Origin: Takakia lepidozioides
Taxonomy: Eukaryota > Plantae > Bryophyta
Assembly (NCBI GenBank): GCA_030704615.1
Contig: CM060733.1
Location: 39,370,001-39,434,000 of the forward strand
Direction of reading: 5' to 3'
DNA: 64,000 nucleotides
In this document: positions 26,535-38,400 of the stretch, one piece after another
Layout: the number at the start of each line of letters is the position of its first letter
Position numbering within the stretch: position 1 is the stretch's first letter
Notes under the pieces: generated by a model
Database searches by the model: none
Told to the model about the DNA's origin: nothing
What the model saw: the letters and a program-made list of their open reading frames with translations, nothing else
Translations under genes and position numbers: made by a program

Positions 26535-27279
26535 AACCCTATTTTAATTAATTCTGGACTTTTGGCTTAAATCTGGACTAAACTTAATATATATTTGTAT
26601 TAAATTTAATTGAAATATTAATAATATCATGGTGTAATGTGTGATTGAACTTTGTGAAATTTCAGGTGATGTCATACTTGTTTCAAATGTGTCATAGAAG
26701 AGGTCCATTTGACATTGAAGTGCTTAATGTGAAGTAGCAGTATTGAACAATTCATTGAACATCCACTTGGAAGTCGAATAAAGTAATATTCCATTGCAGG
26801 TCATCATGATAAACAAATGGGTCGCATCGAACATGGGCCAAACTCGTACTGTACCATACTCGATACAACTTGCTAGTAATTTTATTGATTGAATGATTCT
26901 TCATATGAAGCACAATGTTCACATACCACGCCATTGGAATGAATCATGTTTTGGATGTGACAAGGGCAGTAAAATATTAGAATAACATGAAACATTCAGA
27001 AGAAGTACTAGGGTAATACAATAAGGTTTGGGGTGTAACTAGAGAGAAGTGTAATAAGGTTTGGGTTTACAGTAAGGGTAAGGGTTTAGGGTTTGGATTT
27101 AGGGTACAAAAAGACAAACAAATATGATGGACTCACACTCGGTAGAATTAAGAAATGGTTGAGGAATTTGATATCCCTGTAATCATTCTATCATACCTTA
27201 TCCAACAAAAGAAAATATTAAAAGAGCATGAAACATTGAGAAGATGTAACATGGTAGTACAATAAGGTTTGGAGTGTAA

Positions 27280-30200
27280 CTAGGGTATTGTCCACACAAC
27301 ATTGTTCACATGGATCCACTGAGAAGAATATGACGAGTTATACTCCCAAAGTTTTGACCAACAGTCCCTGTACCTTTCCAAATCTGTTGGGTTACCACAT
27401 TTTCTCGGTCTCCACCACTCCACCTTCACCTTCTTAAAATTAGGATCATCCCTTTCGCGGATCACGTCAGATATTGCCACCCCCATCCAAACCGAGCACG
27501 TACTTGGGTCATAAGGGCGAACGAGCACAAAAAACCCTTTCTCAATATCCTTGAACGGATTCAGGGATATTCTTGGTCGCTCACACCTCGGGCCACAGTA
27601 AGGTTCTAGGATTTCATCCTCTTCTTCCACATCTGGCAATATATGTGGATGGATTCCATCTCTGTGATGATTCTTGGACCAATTTATTTTCGGCCAGAAT
27701 CCCTCAAGAAGCTAAATACGGTCGGGAGCTTCTGGAATTGGCTTATCCAGCTCGGTGAGAATGTTTCCCCAATACTGGTCGTATTGTTCCATTCGACCTC
27801 TGTAATGATCGTCAAGCATCATTCATTTCGTCCAAAAATCCCTGTATTTTTTTACTCCATTCTTAATGAATGATTGTTTTTCGGAGGAGTCGTCCCCGAC
27901 TCCCCAGATAGGTCTCATTGGAACGGCGTCTGGGTCTCCTTCAGGGAGCTTCGAAGTCTCGTCAGGATTGGACTTCCACATCTTCACGCTATTGTCTGTT
28001 GGAAGTCAATCCGAATCAGTAGCGGACTTATTGTACTTCATGACGGGCCAGCCTTCCGCATCTTTAAAAAAACAGAAGACGTGTGAAATCCCGACCAACG
28101 CCTCTTTTCCATCAGAATACAGCCCTTGACAAAATTCTTGAAGTCGGGAACCTCCTGAATAATCTGTGGAATGAACTGCAGATCTTGCGAGGTCATAAAA
28201 GACCTCATCAAATCTGAAAGAATGTAGGTGCTTCGTTCCTTCAGCTTCTTCGAAATGTAGCTGAAGAACCCGTCGATGTCCTCATGGGTATGTCCGACCA
28301 TTAAGAACCCTAGCTGGATTTCTTCAAAAACATCTTTGGCGGTCAGAAGGGATAGAAAAACAAGCATCCATCTGTTCTTATTGTCCTTCGCAGAGTTGCC
28401 CATTTGCAAGTACAATCTTCTCGGAAGTGGACGAGCACCACGTTTGTCTTCCGGCCTGCAGGGTTTAAGAGCATCCAAACATCTCGATTTACCTCTTAAA
28501 AGTGATTCGAAGAACTCGTTTTGAAGTCGGTAATCGAAAATGTTCCTGGACTCGCAACAGGTTGGCTTCTCCAGCTGGCGCAGGCAACGTGCCAAAGAAC
28601 CAATTGTAAAGTTTGAATTTCCCTTCCAGAACTCAAGAGAATACTGACCGTAAGCTCCATCACCGTGTCCGTGCGTGACCATTCTCGTTAGTGAAACTGG
28701 AAGCTGACCCAATCCAAAAATCATCTTATTTGGAGTCTGTAGCCGTGGAACAGCTGTTTTCTTATGATCCATTTTGTCGTGAATAATACAGAGAAACTCC
28801 TCCGGAATCATAACAGACTCATTCATCGAGCTATGGTACAGTCTTCTGCACGACTCTTGGTGCCTCAAATGTTTATCAAGCGTTCGTTTGTGTGTCACAT
28901 GTTCCGCACTTCTCTTGACAGACTTTCTAATCAGGTCCTTGAACATCTCACACTCCATGCACTTCGCAAATGTACTCCCAGTTTTACGAACCTCCACGTT
29001 AGGAAATATCCGACCCCGGATGCGGCTAACAGCCGACTGCGAGACTTCTTCCAACCCGAAAAGTCTGTTGGTCTGTTACAATAAGGCAGGGTCAGGAAAG
29101 GAACGTACACTGGACAGTGGAGGTTCATGAAGCTAGAACCATAGTCGAAAGAGACAAAATTGAAGGGAAGATCATCCACATTGAATCAGAAAAATCTTCC
29201 AGGAAAGAAATTGAAAAATGGAGATTTCATACCTCGTTGGACTCGTCTCGTATTCGCTTCCAGTTCATTTCAGGTGGTAAGACTCTCAAAGTATCCCTCC
29301 TTCCCTCCCCAATGCATCTTGTCTTATGGGGCATGAGGTCAGTATTTCCGTTGACAATGGACATAATGTTACCCTCTGCCTGAAGCGTCCTTGGGCGTGG
29401 CCTCTTCGCTCCACGGTTCCCATGGAGACTTGACAACCAACCCTGTTTACTCAACTTTTTGTACTCCATGTATGTGGACCTGCCAATTCCATGAATTGTC
29501 CACCAAGCAATCTCACATACATCCACACCCTCAATCGTAACGTATGCCCTGCGAGAGGTCCCTTCCAGCATGTGAAGTCGTTTCGAAACATTCAGTCCGT
29601 GTTTTCTCCTCTCATCGAAAGTGGATCCCCAAAAAGAAGTACGGATAGCCAAGGTTTTTCGCCAATCGAAATATTGACAGCAGTGAAGTCTGCAGCAAGG
29701 TTTGCTGCTCACAGACCGGACTTCCTCCAGAGTAAGATTCTTCATTCTTTTTTTGGAGTGTTCCAAATCTCGATCCCTCTTCTTTCTCGTAAAATGCCGA
29801 TATGTCGCTTTTTTCACACATGCCTCGTGATCTTCGTACAAGATACTGTTAGAGGATCTAATAAAATTCTCCAGATCATTTGAAAGTAATTTCTCACTTT
29901 CCAAAAGTCGTGTTTTTGTTAAAGGCCATTTTACAAGAGACATCAAAGATCCAGAACCTCCAGAAAGTATTCTGGTGACAAGAACTCCAACATCGTCCTC
30001 TCCCAGTTTGTCATTGAGGATCACCTCGTCTGGAATGTACGCTTGAATCCTCCCCTCGAATAGTGCACCCCCATCATCACCCAACAGTACGCACTGCAAG
30101 TTTCTCCAGTTGTTTCTTCCGAGTCCTCCGCTCGGATTCCCGGAACTCTTCGATGGTCTGTGGTTTGATTCATCCTCGTCGTCGTAAGAAGTTTCGGCAG

Positions 30201-30561
30201 TATCTCTTGTCTCCGGCATAAAATCAGGATTCATGTCAGGCCCTCCTTGATACTCGTTATTCTCCGCAAGAACTTCGCCAACATTCCACATCATCGGGGT
30301 CCCAATGGCCTCCTTCAAGGTGTCAGCATCCATATGTCCATAAGGAAGAGGACATAATAAGTGTGCTTCATCACATGAGATGAGAACCACTAAAATGGTT
30401 GAGGAAGATAATTGTTGTCCATGACAGGTCCCAACCCCGGAGACATTAAGGCAGTCCCCAGTGGCTACTGGAGTTGAGGACCCGGGAAGAGTAAGAAACA
30501 CTCTTTGACCCGTCTCTAAAATCATGATCACCGGAACCTCCACTGCACACACGAGGTTCAA
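27280..30561 (-). pseudogene. Sola-like DDE transposase (intron 29232-29073; frameshift near 28110)
   Basis: PCCRLHCC...VCEIAWWTIHGIGRS, FAKCMEC, IIHDKMD, LYLQMGNSAKDNKN (expected catalytic D reads G) and FLMVGHTHEDIDGFFS. The true start is uncertain. Confidence 0.8.
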
Positions 30562-33355
30562 GAAACTGGAAACCCCTCCGTGACGACGTTACTGACAGTA
30601 ATAAGCAGTATGAGTGAAGACTATATTCAGAGATGAATCAATTCAATAAAAGGAAATACACTCGCGTATGAACGTTTCAGAGAAGTAGAATAGAAATGGA
30701 ATTGTTGTTTGGTCTGGAACATGTCATTTGAAGATTGTGTCTAATTATATAACCTCCACTGTACAAGTGGAGGTTAGATGAGATACAGATGGAAAAGTCG
30801 GACGGATGAATATTAGTGGATGAACATGGTTACGTGGATGAATAATTGTAATGACGGATGGATGTGAGCATTGACGCGACTGTCCAGTGGAGGTCCACTA
30901 CTTGGCCTATAACGAAATACAGAAATCGGAGAGTATTGGACTGTAATTTCTAAACATGCAGATGACAAATAAGTAGATTTTCCTGTAGAGTATAGAAAAC
31001 ACATAGATGTCTTAACATTTTCTACGGGTGAAAATGCAGTTCACACGAGAGATCATGGAAATTCAGAGAGTTACGCCTGCGATGGCCGCAGAGGTACTGG
31101 ATGCTCAGAGAGCTGCAGTATGGGAAGCAAGGTGGGAGATGACCAGAGAGGTGCGGGAAACACAATCTGCAAGTGAGAGGTATGGAGATAGAAGTTTGAA
31201 CAGTTTGCACTCAGACCTTATATAGAGGAAACCAGGTTGCCCGTTGGAACTCCTCCAATGGGATAGTGCGATACATTGTCTCCCGGATCGATTTCCGTCG
31301 CCGTTGATATCCGGTATGGCCACAATCGAACGATTCTGGATGGTGCAGGAGTGCACTCTTTGACCGATTTCGGAAAAGAGTGTCCTTTACTGGTAGATCC
31401 CTATGTAACAATTATGATGCCAAAAAGATAACGGCCGATAATGGTGGTTCAATGGTCTCGCACTCGTGCTTATAAAGCAGTACGTATTTTGCATTCAATG
31501 CTGTCCAAGTGGATGATGGCCTGACGCCGATGACAAGGTGCAGCTATGACACTCGGCCGAGAATGCGGCAGGCGTAAATGAGTGACAGAGGAAATATTCC
31601 AACCCTTAATCCGCCGAATGTAGACATGGTCAAGAGCAATAATTCCCAGCGGCAAAATGCCGCAAGAGGATCTGACTTGTACATTTCATTTATCGTCACG
31701 TGCGGGGTGTGGGAAATATCCCACGGGGTTATGATTGATAATCCTGTGCAAGGGATCATTAACGTCATATTTTCTCGTTCATTCATCTATTTTTTCATTT
31801 CATCTAGTCATTCATAAAATGGATGGATAGAATGGAAAGGATGAATTGGATGATATTTGCATGGATGTTGGATGGAACACGCGCGACCGTTCGATTTCGA
31901 AAGGACGTGATGGTTCAGATCCGACGCGACGGCACCATATAAGGGGTGTGGTCGTTCAGCCCACCCTTTCGCCACTCCATTGTGTACGCGGAAGCGCTGA
32001 GGAAGTGGTAAGACCAAGTAGCGCTAGAAAAGAGAGAGTTTTGAAGAGCGGAGAGCGTTCAGGGTGTCGTGAGAGCTGAGAGAAGAGAGCGTGCAGTTCA
32101 GTGCAGCGTGAGAGTGCAGTGGAGGAAAGGAAGCAGACAGCGGATTCAAGTGTAGACAGGAGACGGGAAGGAAGCAGAGCGTAAGGGAGAGCGGTGGAAG
32201 CTTAAGGGTCAGGCGTTTCAGGTCAGCAACAGGGGCACCGAAATGGCTCACGCATCTAGCAGGTAATGTTCTCGTTTACGCATGTGGTTTGATGTCATTC
32301 TCTTTTGCTCGCTTGTCATTCTCTCATTCTCTCTTTGTTCTGTTTGTTGATTTGTTTTTCTTTTTGTTTTGCTATTGCTTTTGTTGGTCAGCATCGCCCA
32401 CGTCGCTGTTGGTTTGCTTCTCTTCCTCACTCGCTTTCGTTCCAGAGGTTATAGAGCACCATTTGATTCTTGCATGTCATGTTTCGTGAGTGTGGTGTCT
32501 TGTCTGATACGGAGCTTCTCTTTTCAATTCATGTGGTTCCAAAGCTGTTTCAATTAGTTTGAATTGATTAAAGCTGTTTAGGTGTTTCAATGCATTGTTG
32601 CTTCTCTGCTGGTGGTTTGTATGGTGGTTGGTATGGGTGGTTTGTGGTCCTGGTTTACTGGTGCTACTGGATTATTAGGGTTATGGATTAGGGTTATGGC
32701 GGGTTAGGATCATGGTTTTTAGCGATTGTTTTTCCGAATTTCCGATATTTGATAACAAGTTTTTCTTCGGGGCTAGGCTACTCTAGTAGACTAGTCTCCG
32801 TAGACCACTAGACCTCTAGTAGACCTCCATAAACTCCGACAGGACAAACCACATGAACCTCGTCTGCCCAGTGGAGGTTCCTGCGTGTTACTATGCCAAG
32901 GCACAACATAAGGATGTATTGAGATAGACTTATGTAGGTTCCTCCCCTGCGTTGATTTTTTGTTCTGTCAGTATAAAAAGAACGGGCGTAGGAGTGCACA
33001 CGGTGGCCAAAGATGGTTCTGAGACCCCGTCGTCGACATCTGTAAGAGGCCAAGGAGACAGAATCCAGTAAGCATCAATGAAGTAGAAAACCAAGACGAA
33101 TCATTGGTTTTATCGAAAACAAAAACCTTCAAGAAGAGATCTGAGAATCAAATATCAGATGTGGGCTCTGACGTGCGAACCTTCATAAATCCGGGCACTG
33201 ACGAATCAATGTTCGAGGGAGTTATTTGACGGGAGACAACGGAGGAAACAGAGGAAGAGAAAGATGAAAGTGATGACTGTAATCTTCAGTCTGATTCAGA
33301 TAATGACATTTCTGTAGGAGATAGTGAATAGTACCAGGGATCCGTCCTTCCGTCC

Positions 33356-33532
33356 TCTCCAGGATACAGTCCTCACTCTCCTCAGTATGCAGTCCTTGTA
33401 AATTCTCCAGAATATGTCCCCGCTGATTCTCCAGAATATGTCCCTGCCGATTCTCCTCAGTACATCCCTGGAGATTCTCCAGAATACATCTCTGGAGATT
33501 CTCTGACATATACACCTAGAGAGTACTCCCCT
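33356..33532 (+). repeat. 24-bp coding tandem repeat encoding SPGYSPHSPQY...(D/N)SPEYVPA-type units
   Basis: GATTCTCCAGAATATGTCCC-type units, about 5 copies, translated by hand from 33356. Confidence 0.9.
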
Positions 33533-35187
33533 GAAACCTTGAGGATGATTCGAGAGAGCCTCCTGTAGTTATTGTAGATACAAGAAAATGAAAAGATGAA
33601 ACTCATCTTACAAAAGAATATCGATTTATTGTAGAAATTATATATTCGTTACATTCATTTGTTTCTCGAAAATCTCCGAATGTCAAGAATGATCACCTGG
33701 CAATTTTTGAGCTGAACCCGGAGATCACAGAATGGGGCATTGTACCCGTTGGCACACCTCCGGACCATAAGTTTCGGTTCCAATACAAGATTGGTGCAGA
33801 GGTCGCCGAGCTCAAATATGCAGATGTGGTCGACGTAGAGCTGGAGATGGATGTGGAATTTCCGATGTTGGTAATGTTCATGATGGAAGATGGTAGATTT
33901 CTCAGAACGTTTGACTTCAAACCGGAGGTACGAATTCTAAGGAAGGCCATGATGAGAGAGTCCATTCGGGCGGGGTTCACATATTGCGACGAGGGTACTC
34001 AATTTACAGATGAAGGTTTTTGCATGGCTTGGGGTATTTTCTTGGATGTGCTTTACTTAAAGGGTAAGGAGATTGCAAAGACGCGGGAGGAGGAGGCTGC
34101 AAGAGCGAAGCCAAAGAAGGGAAAATGGAAATCCATTGACGCCGGTGGTGATGACAATGAAGCCGGTACATCAGGGGGAAAGAAGAAACAAAAGGGGGAG
34201 ATGGATCTTGCGTTCATGACAGATACCAAGAAACCCAAGGCTGCAGACATATTCGACAAAGACAAGTGTGAGAAGATGCTGGAGAGGCTGGAGCAAGACT
34301 ACAAGGACATGTTTCCTTTTGGGTTTGAGGCGACCCAGGACGTCAAAGTTTCCATGATGGAGCTTGCTCCCAGGGATATGGTGTACAGGCCCCTAAATGT
34401 GAAGCACAAAGACGAAGTCAAGGCGCGTCTTTACCAGCTCCGGGTGTTCGACTCCAAACATCCAGTTTATTTGATTCCCGCAAACCCCGAGAAGCCTATG
34501 GAGGTTTCTAGTTCGAAACCTCGAAACTGGAAGGAGGTGGAAAATTCCAGATTCTTTGTCATCGGTGGACAACACACGATCATTGCTGCCAAGGTAAATT
34601 TCCCGACAAAATTCAATTTTTGTAACAACATGAACCTCCACTGTCCAGTGGAGGTTCATGAACTTTAAACAACATGCTTGTTAGATCGATATCATTTCTG
34701 ACCTTATTCAATTCTGTCGCAGGAACTTGTGCAAGACATAGACGACGACAAACTTAAGAAGTACTACACTGACTGGCCCTCAAAGATTATATGGTCAAAG
34801 GATCTGATGAGGCTCGTGAAGCTATCTAAGTTCCTAAACGACCCGAATAAGGCACAGAGATTTGACACAACATTTCTCGAGAAAGTTGCACATGCCCGAA
34901 ATTTCTTTGAGCTGAGGGGGAGGCCGAAAAAGTACAACGATTACACAACGAAGTCGAAGACTAGACAATGGAAGGTAAATGATTCATTGTGTTTTCCGTT
35001 CCTTTTGCTAGAGAACCAAAATATTCTCAAGCTTGGATTTAATGTGACAAACGGAGACCGCATTACGAAGCAGGAGACAGTACAAAAATAGCTTCATAAG
35101 GGAGGGTGCTACAATGATCGAGCGGGATGGTTCAGCATTCGGAAATTCGACATGATGGGGTCTTTTGTAATGTGTCTTGTTTGGTAA

Positions 35188-35432
35188 TGAGGTGCTTGTC
35201 CAGCTCTTATTCTCCCAATCTATTTATGTTCTCCACCTGTAACAGTTCCGCAAATGTGCCGCAAAAATACTTGAAACATCATATGATCATGAAAACGTGA
35301 TGTTGCGGAGAACGCTTCCAAAACTTTTCATGCTCATTGGGTTTTTCAAGGATTTTCTAGGTACACTCTTGGAACTGTTCCTGGTGGAGAACATGAACAG
35401 ATTGGACAAATTTGACTTGGAGGAGCACCGCA
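35188..35432. repeat. Imperfect long inverted repeat (arms ~110 bp) in a cargo-gene intron
   Basis: CCAATCTATTTATGTTCTCCACCTGTAACAGTTCC (~35215-35250) pairs with GGAACTGTTCCTGGTGGAGAACATGAACAGATTGG (~35371-35405). Similarity extends inward and outward. Confidence 0.8.
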
Positions 35433-38400
35433 TTCCGAAGCAGGAGACACTACAGAAAGAGCTTCAAATTACAAGGCACAACAAGATGGACGGAGATGAA
35501 TTCACAATCGAATCATCACTTGGTGTATAGTATAATTGACAAGATAGTTGTGACTATTGTTTCATCTCAAGATTAATATCAAATATTGAATGAAATGTCT
35601 AACTTTGGCCTTGATAATTTTCGTAGGAATTTATGCAAGCATGTCAACTCATACTGGAGATGAGTAGCGTGAAGGAGGCCATGGTTCTGGTTCTTTGTGA
35701 CAAAGACGTATGGAACCTGAGGGAGGAGGTTTCAAACAGTGGGAACAAGGGAAGCTTATTGATATTTTCGGGATTCAGTGCAAGGGTGAACAGCTACCGC
35801 TGAATAAAACCGCTATCGTGAAACTGCAAGGACTTAATAGCAGGCACTTGAAAAGAGTGGCGGAGAAAATCCTAAACAGAGACATTTGCATTCGAGGAAC
35901 GAAATTCAAGGGCGCGGACAAATCCAAAAACACAATGAGCGCGTATATTGACCAAATGAAATTGCGACGGTTTATTATCGACGATGTAATGGAAGTCTTA
36001 GGGTGGCCTCGGAGGAGCAAACAGAACCCGGAACCGTATACCAAACAGGAGTGGCGTGATGTTAAAAAAAAATACAACTTCAACAAAGCTGAGTTTGAAA
36101 CATTTCGAGATAGGCTCGGGAACGACTACATTGTTAGCAAACAGAAGATGAATATGGAGACGTAGCCAATGACTGCTGAAGTATGTCTTGTCGTGCAAGC
36201 AGACCTTCGAGGATAACCAAAATGCCCTGGCGATTCTACGCACGAGCTTCAGGTCCCATTACACACATCTGGGGGGAAACCAGAAATTTGCTGATGCCAG
36301 ATCACAGTTGGGACTTGCACCAAAGAATCGGTTCCACGACATATCCATGGTGTTCGTCAATACAGTTTGTGATGATGACTCTATTGTCTTCGAGACAAAG
36401 GACTACTCAAATATCTTGGATGCTTTTGTGGCTCGGCAGCTCATGTCCAGTGCTTTTGTGTTTTTCTCCACACAAGAATCATCGGGAAATCTTGTGTCAT
36501 ACATCCGGAATGGCCCTGGATCAAAATCGTTTATTATCCGACAGGGTTATTACATTCCCGACGAGTTTGAATCACCTTACAAGAGCTGCACGACTATTTT
36601 CTCCCAGACGGTCCTCTGCCTCGACTACTTATTTCCGGCAATAGCTGAGGAGATGGTGAATCCGGACGACCACATTCAAACTGTTTTGTTATTGCCGGAC
36701 CCAATTAATCTCGTTATCCAAGGACCAGATGTAGACCCGACCTCGCAGGAGATGGAGTGCAGGACTTACAATCATGAGCTGAGGCCGGACACCTACGATT
36801 ACCTGGTTTTTTTTTTTTGCAGGGACGGGATGTCTTGTGTGAACATTTTCGGAGGACTGACAATGACATACGTTCTGCTTGTAAGTGGATTCTGCATCTT
36901 GGAATTGTCTGTGTTTTTAGTTTTCCGGATGTAACTATCGTATTATTGACGTTGTCGGAAAAACGTGTTTAATCTGTGTCTGATTGTTCCATTTTGTTAA
37001 CCTCCACTGGGCAGTGGAGGTTCATGTTATTGGAGTTGTGGGTGTTTTGGGTGTTTGTTATTCTGCAGATTGGTGTGTTTGGTAGTTGTCTCAAAAGAAA
37101 GCCTATCGATGGTTGGTGTTCGTCGGATTTATTTTGATATCATTGTTTGGTTTCATTGCAGGAAAAAACATATTTGTGTGCTCGACATAAACTTTGTAAC
37201 AAAAAAGAAATTTTGTAGAAGCAAGGTGGAGGCCTATTTCAGGACCCTCCAGATTGACAATCAGACTATCGCAGGAGACAGAGATGACGGAGACTCACTA
37301 CAGGATGACGAAGTGGACGAAGAAGATGATGACGAAGGACACGACAAGGATCAGGATGAGGAAATGGAGGAGAAACAAGAAGAGGATAACGATGAGGAGA
37401 AAGACGAAGATGAGAACATGGAAATCGTCAACGGAGTCCAGGGGCAGATGCGGCTAATGTTGGAAAGGGAAAGAGAGGGCCAGGAAATTTCACGGTTGGA
37501 TAATCTAGGTAGTACTCCAAATACCCAAGAACGCGTTGCGCCACAACATGTACACAATCTGGACAGCTCTTCCTCCAGTTCCGATAACACCACGAATAAG
37601 AATCCGGCTTCTCCAGGTGAACAAAAAGCGACATCGACGGAGTTAGTTGAAACCCTCGGTCAAGGGTTCACACCTGTGGAAGGTGACGAGCCATTGATTA
37701 TGTCACCGAAACCCGTTAACACTCGTCGTGAGCTGGTGTCCCAGAATGTCACCCAGGATCTGGTTCTGGATGTAGGTAATGAATGACAATTAGTGAAAGT
37801 TTATTCGTACACACTTCTGAATACAATATGACAATATTGCAATTATACATACTTGTGAGTGGAATAATCCGAATGTTATTTCAAAATTACAATATTGTAA
37901 TTATATATAATCCCAATGTTTTTCCCATATCCGTCTTTCTGGACTTCCGAATAAAACATATTTCCACCCGGATACATATTTTCGTTCGCACATCTTTGTG
38001 GACAGCCACTAACCGATTTGGATAGCTTTTATTGTAGATCCAAGAATCCAATTCGGAGGAAATGACACACACAATAAAAGGATGAAAGGACACTCAAACG
38101 GTGAAGAGACACGTGGATCTGACATTGAGGGTCAGGTCACCTGAGCCGGTTCTGCAAGTAACCTCCACTGTCCAGTCGACGTTGCCATCAAGGGACGCAG
38201 GGATTGAGTCGGAGAATCCTCTTACTCGCGGGGAAGGAGAAGAGACAGAACACCACAATCGCGTAATCCAACAACAGATCCCGATTCAGGTAAAACATTG
38301 GTTTTTTTCTTATCACTCTTATTATTGGTCTTTCAGTCTCATCTTCGGTATTGCTCAATTCGGTAATTTTGTCAGATCATTTTGGACCACCATAGTCGTC

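Noticed and set aside
27055-27110. Telomere-like TTTAGGG repeats (also ~21410)
   Set aside because: Only 2-3 degenerate units. At most telo-box-like, not an interstitial telomere.
31028-31640. Possible third gene in the Sola-like element
   Set aside because: Only short, stop-interrupted frames with no recognisable motif. Cannot be supported without a consensus.
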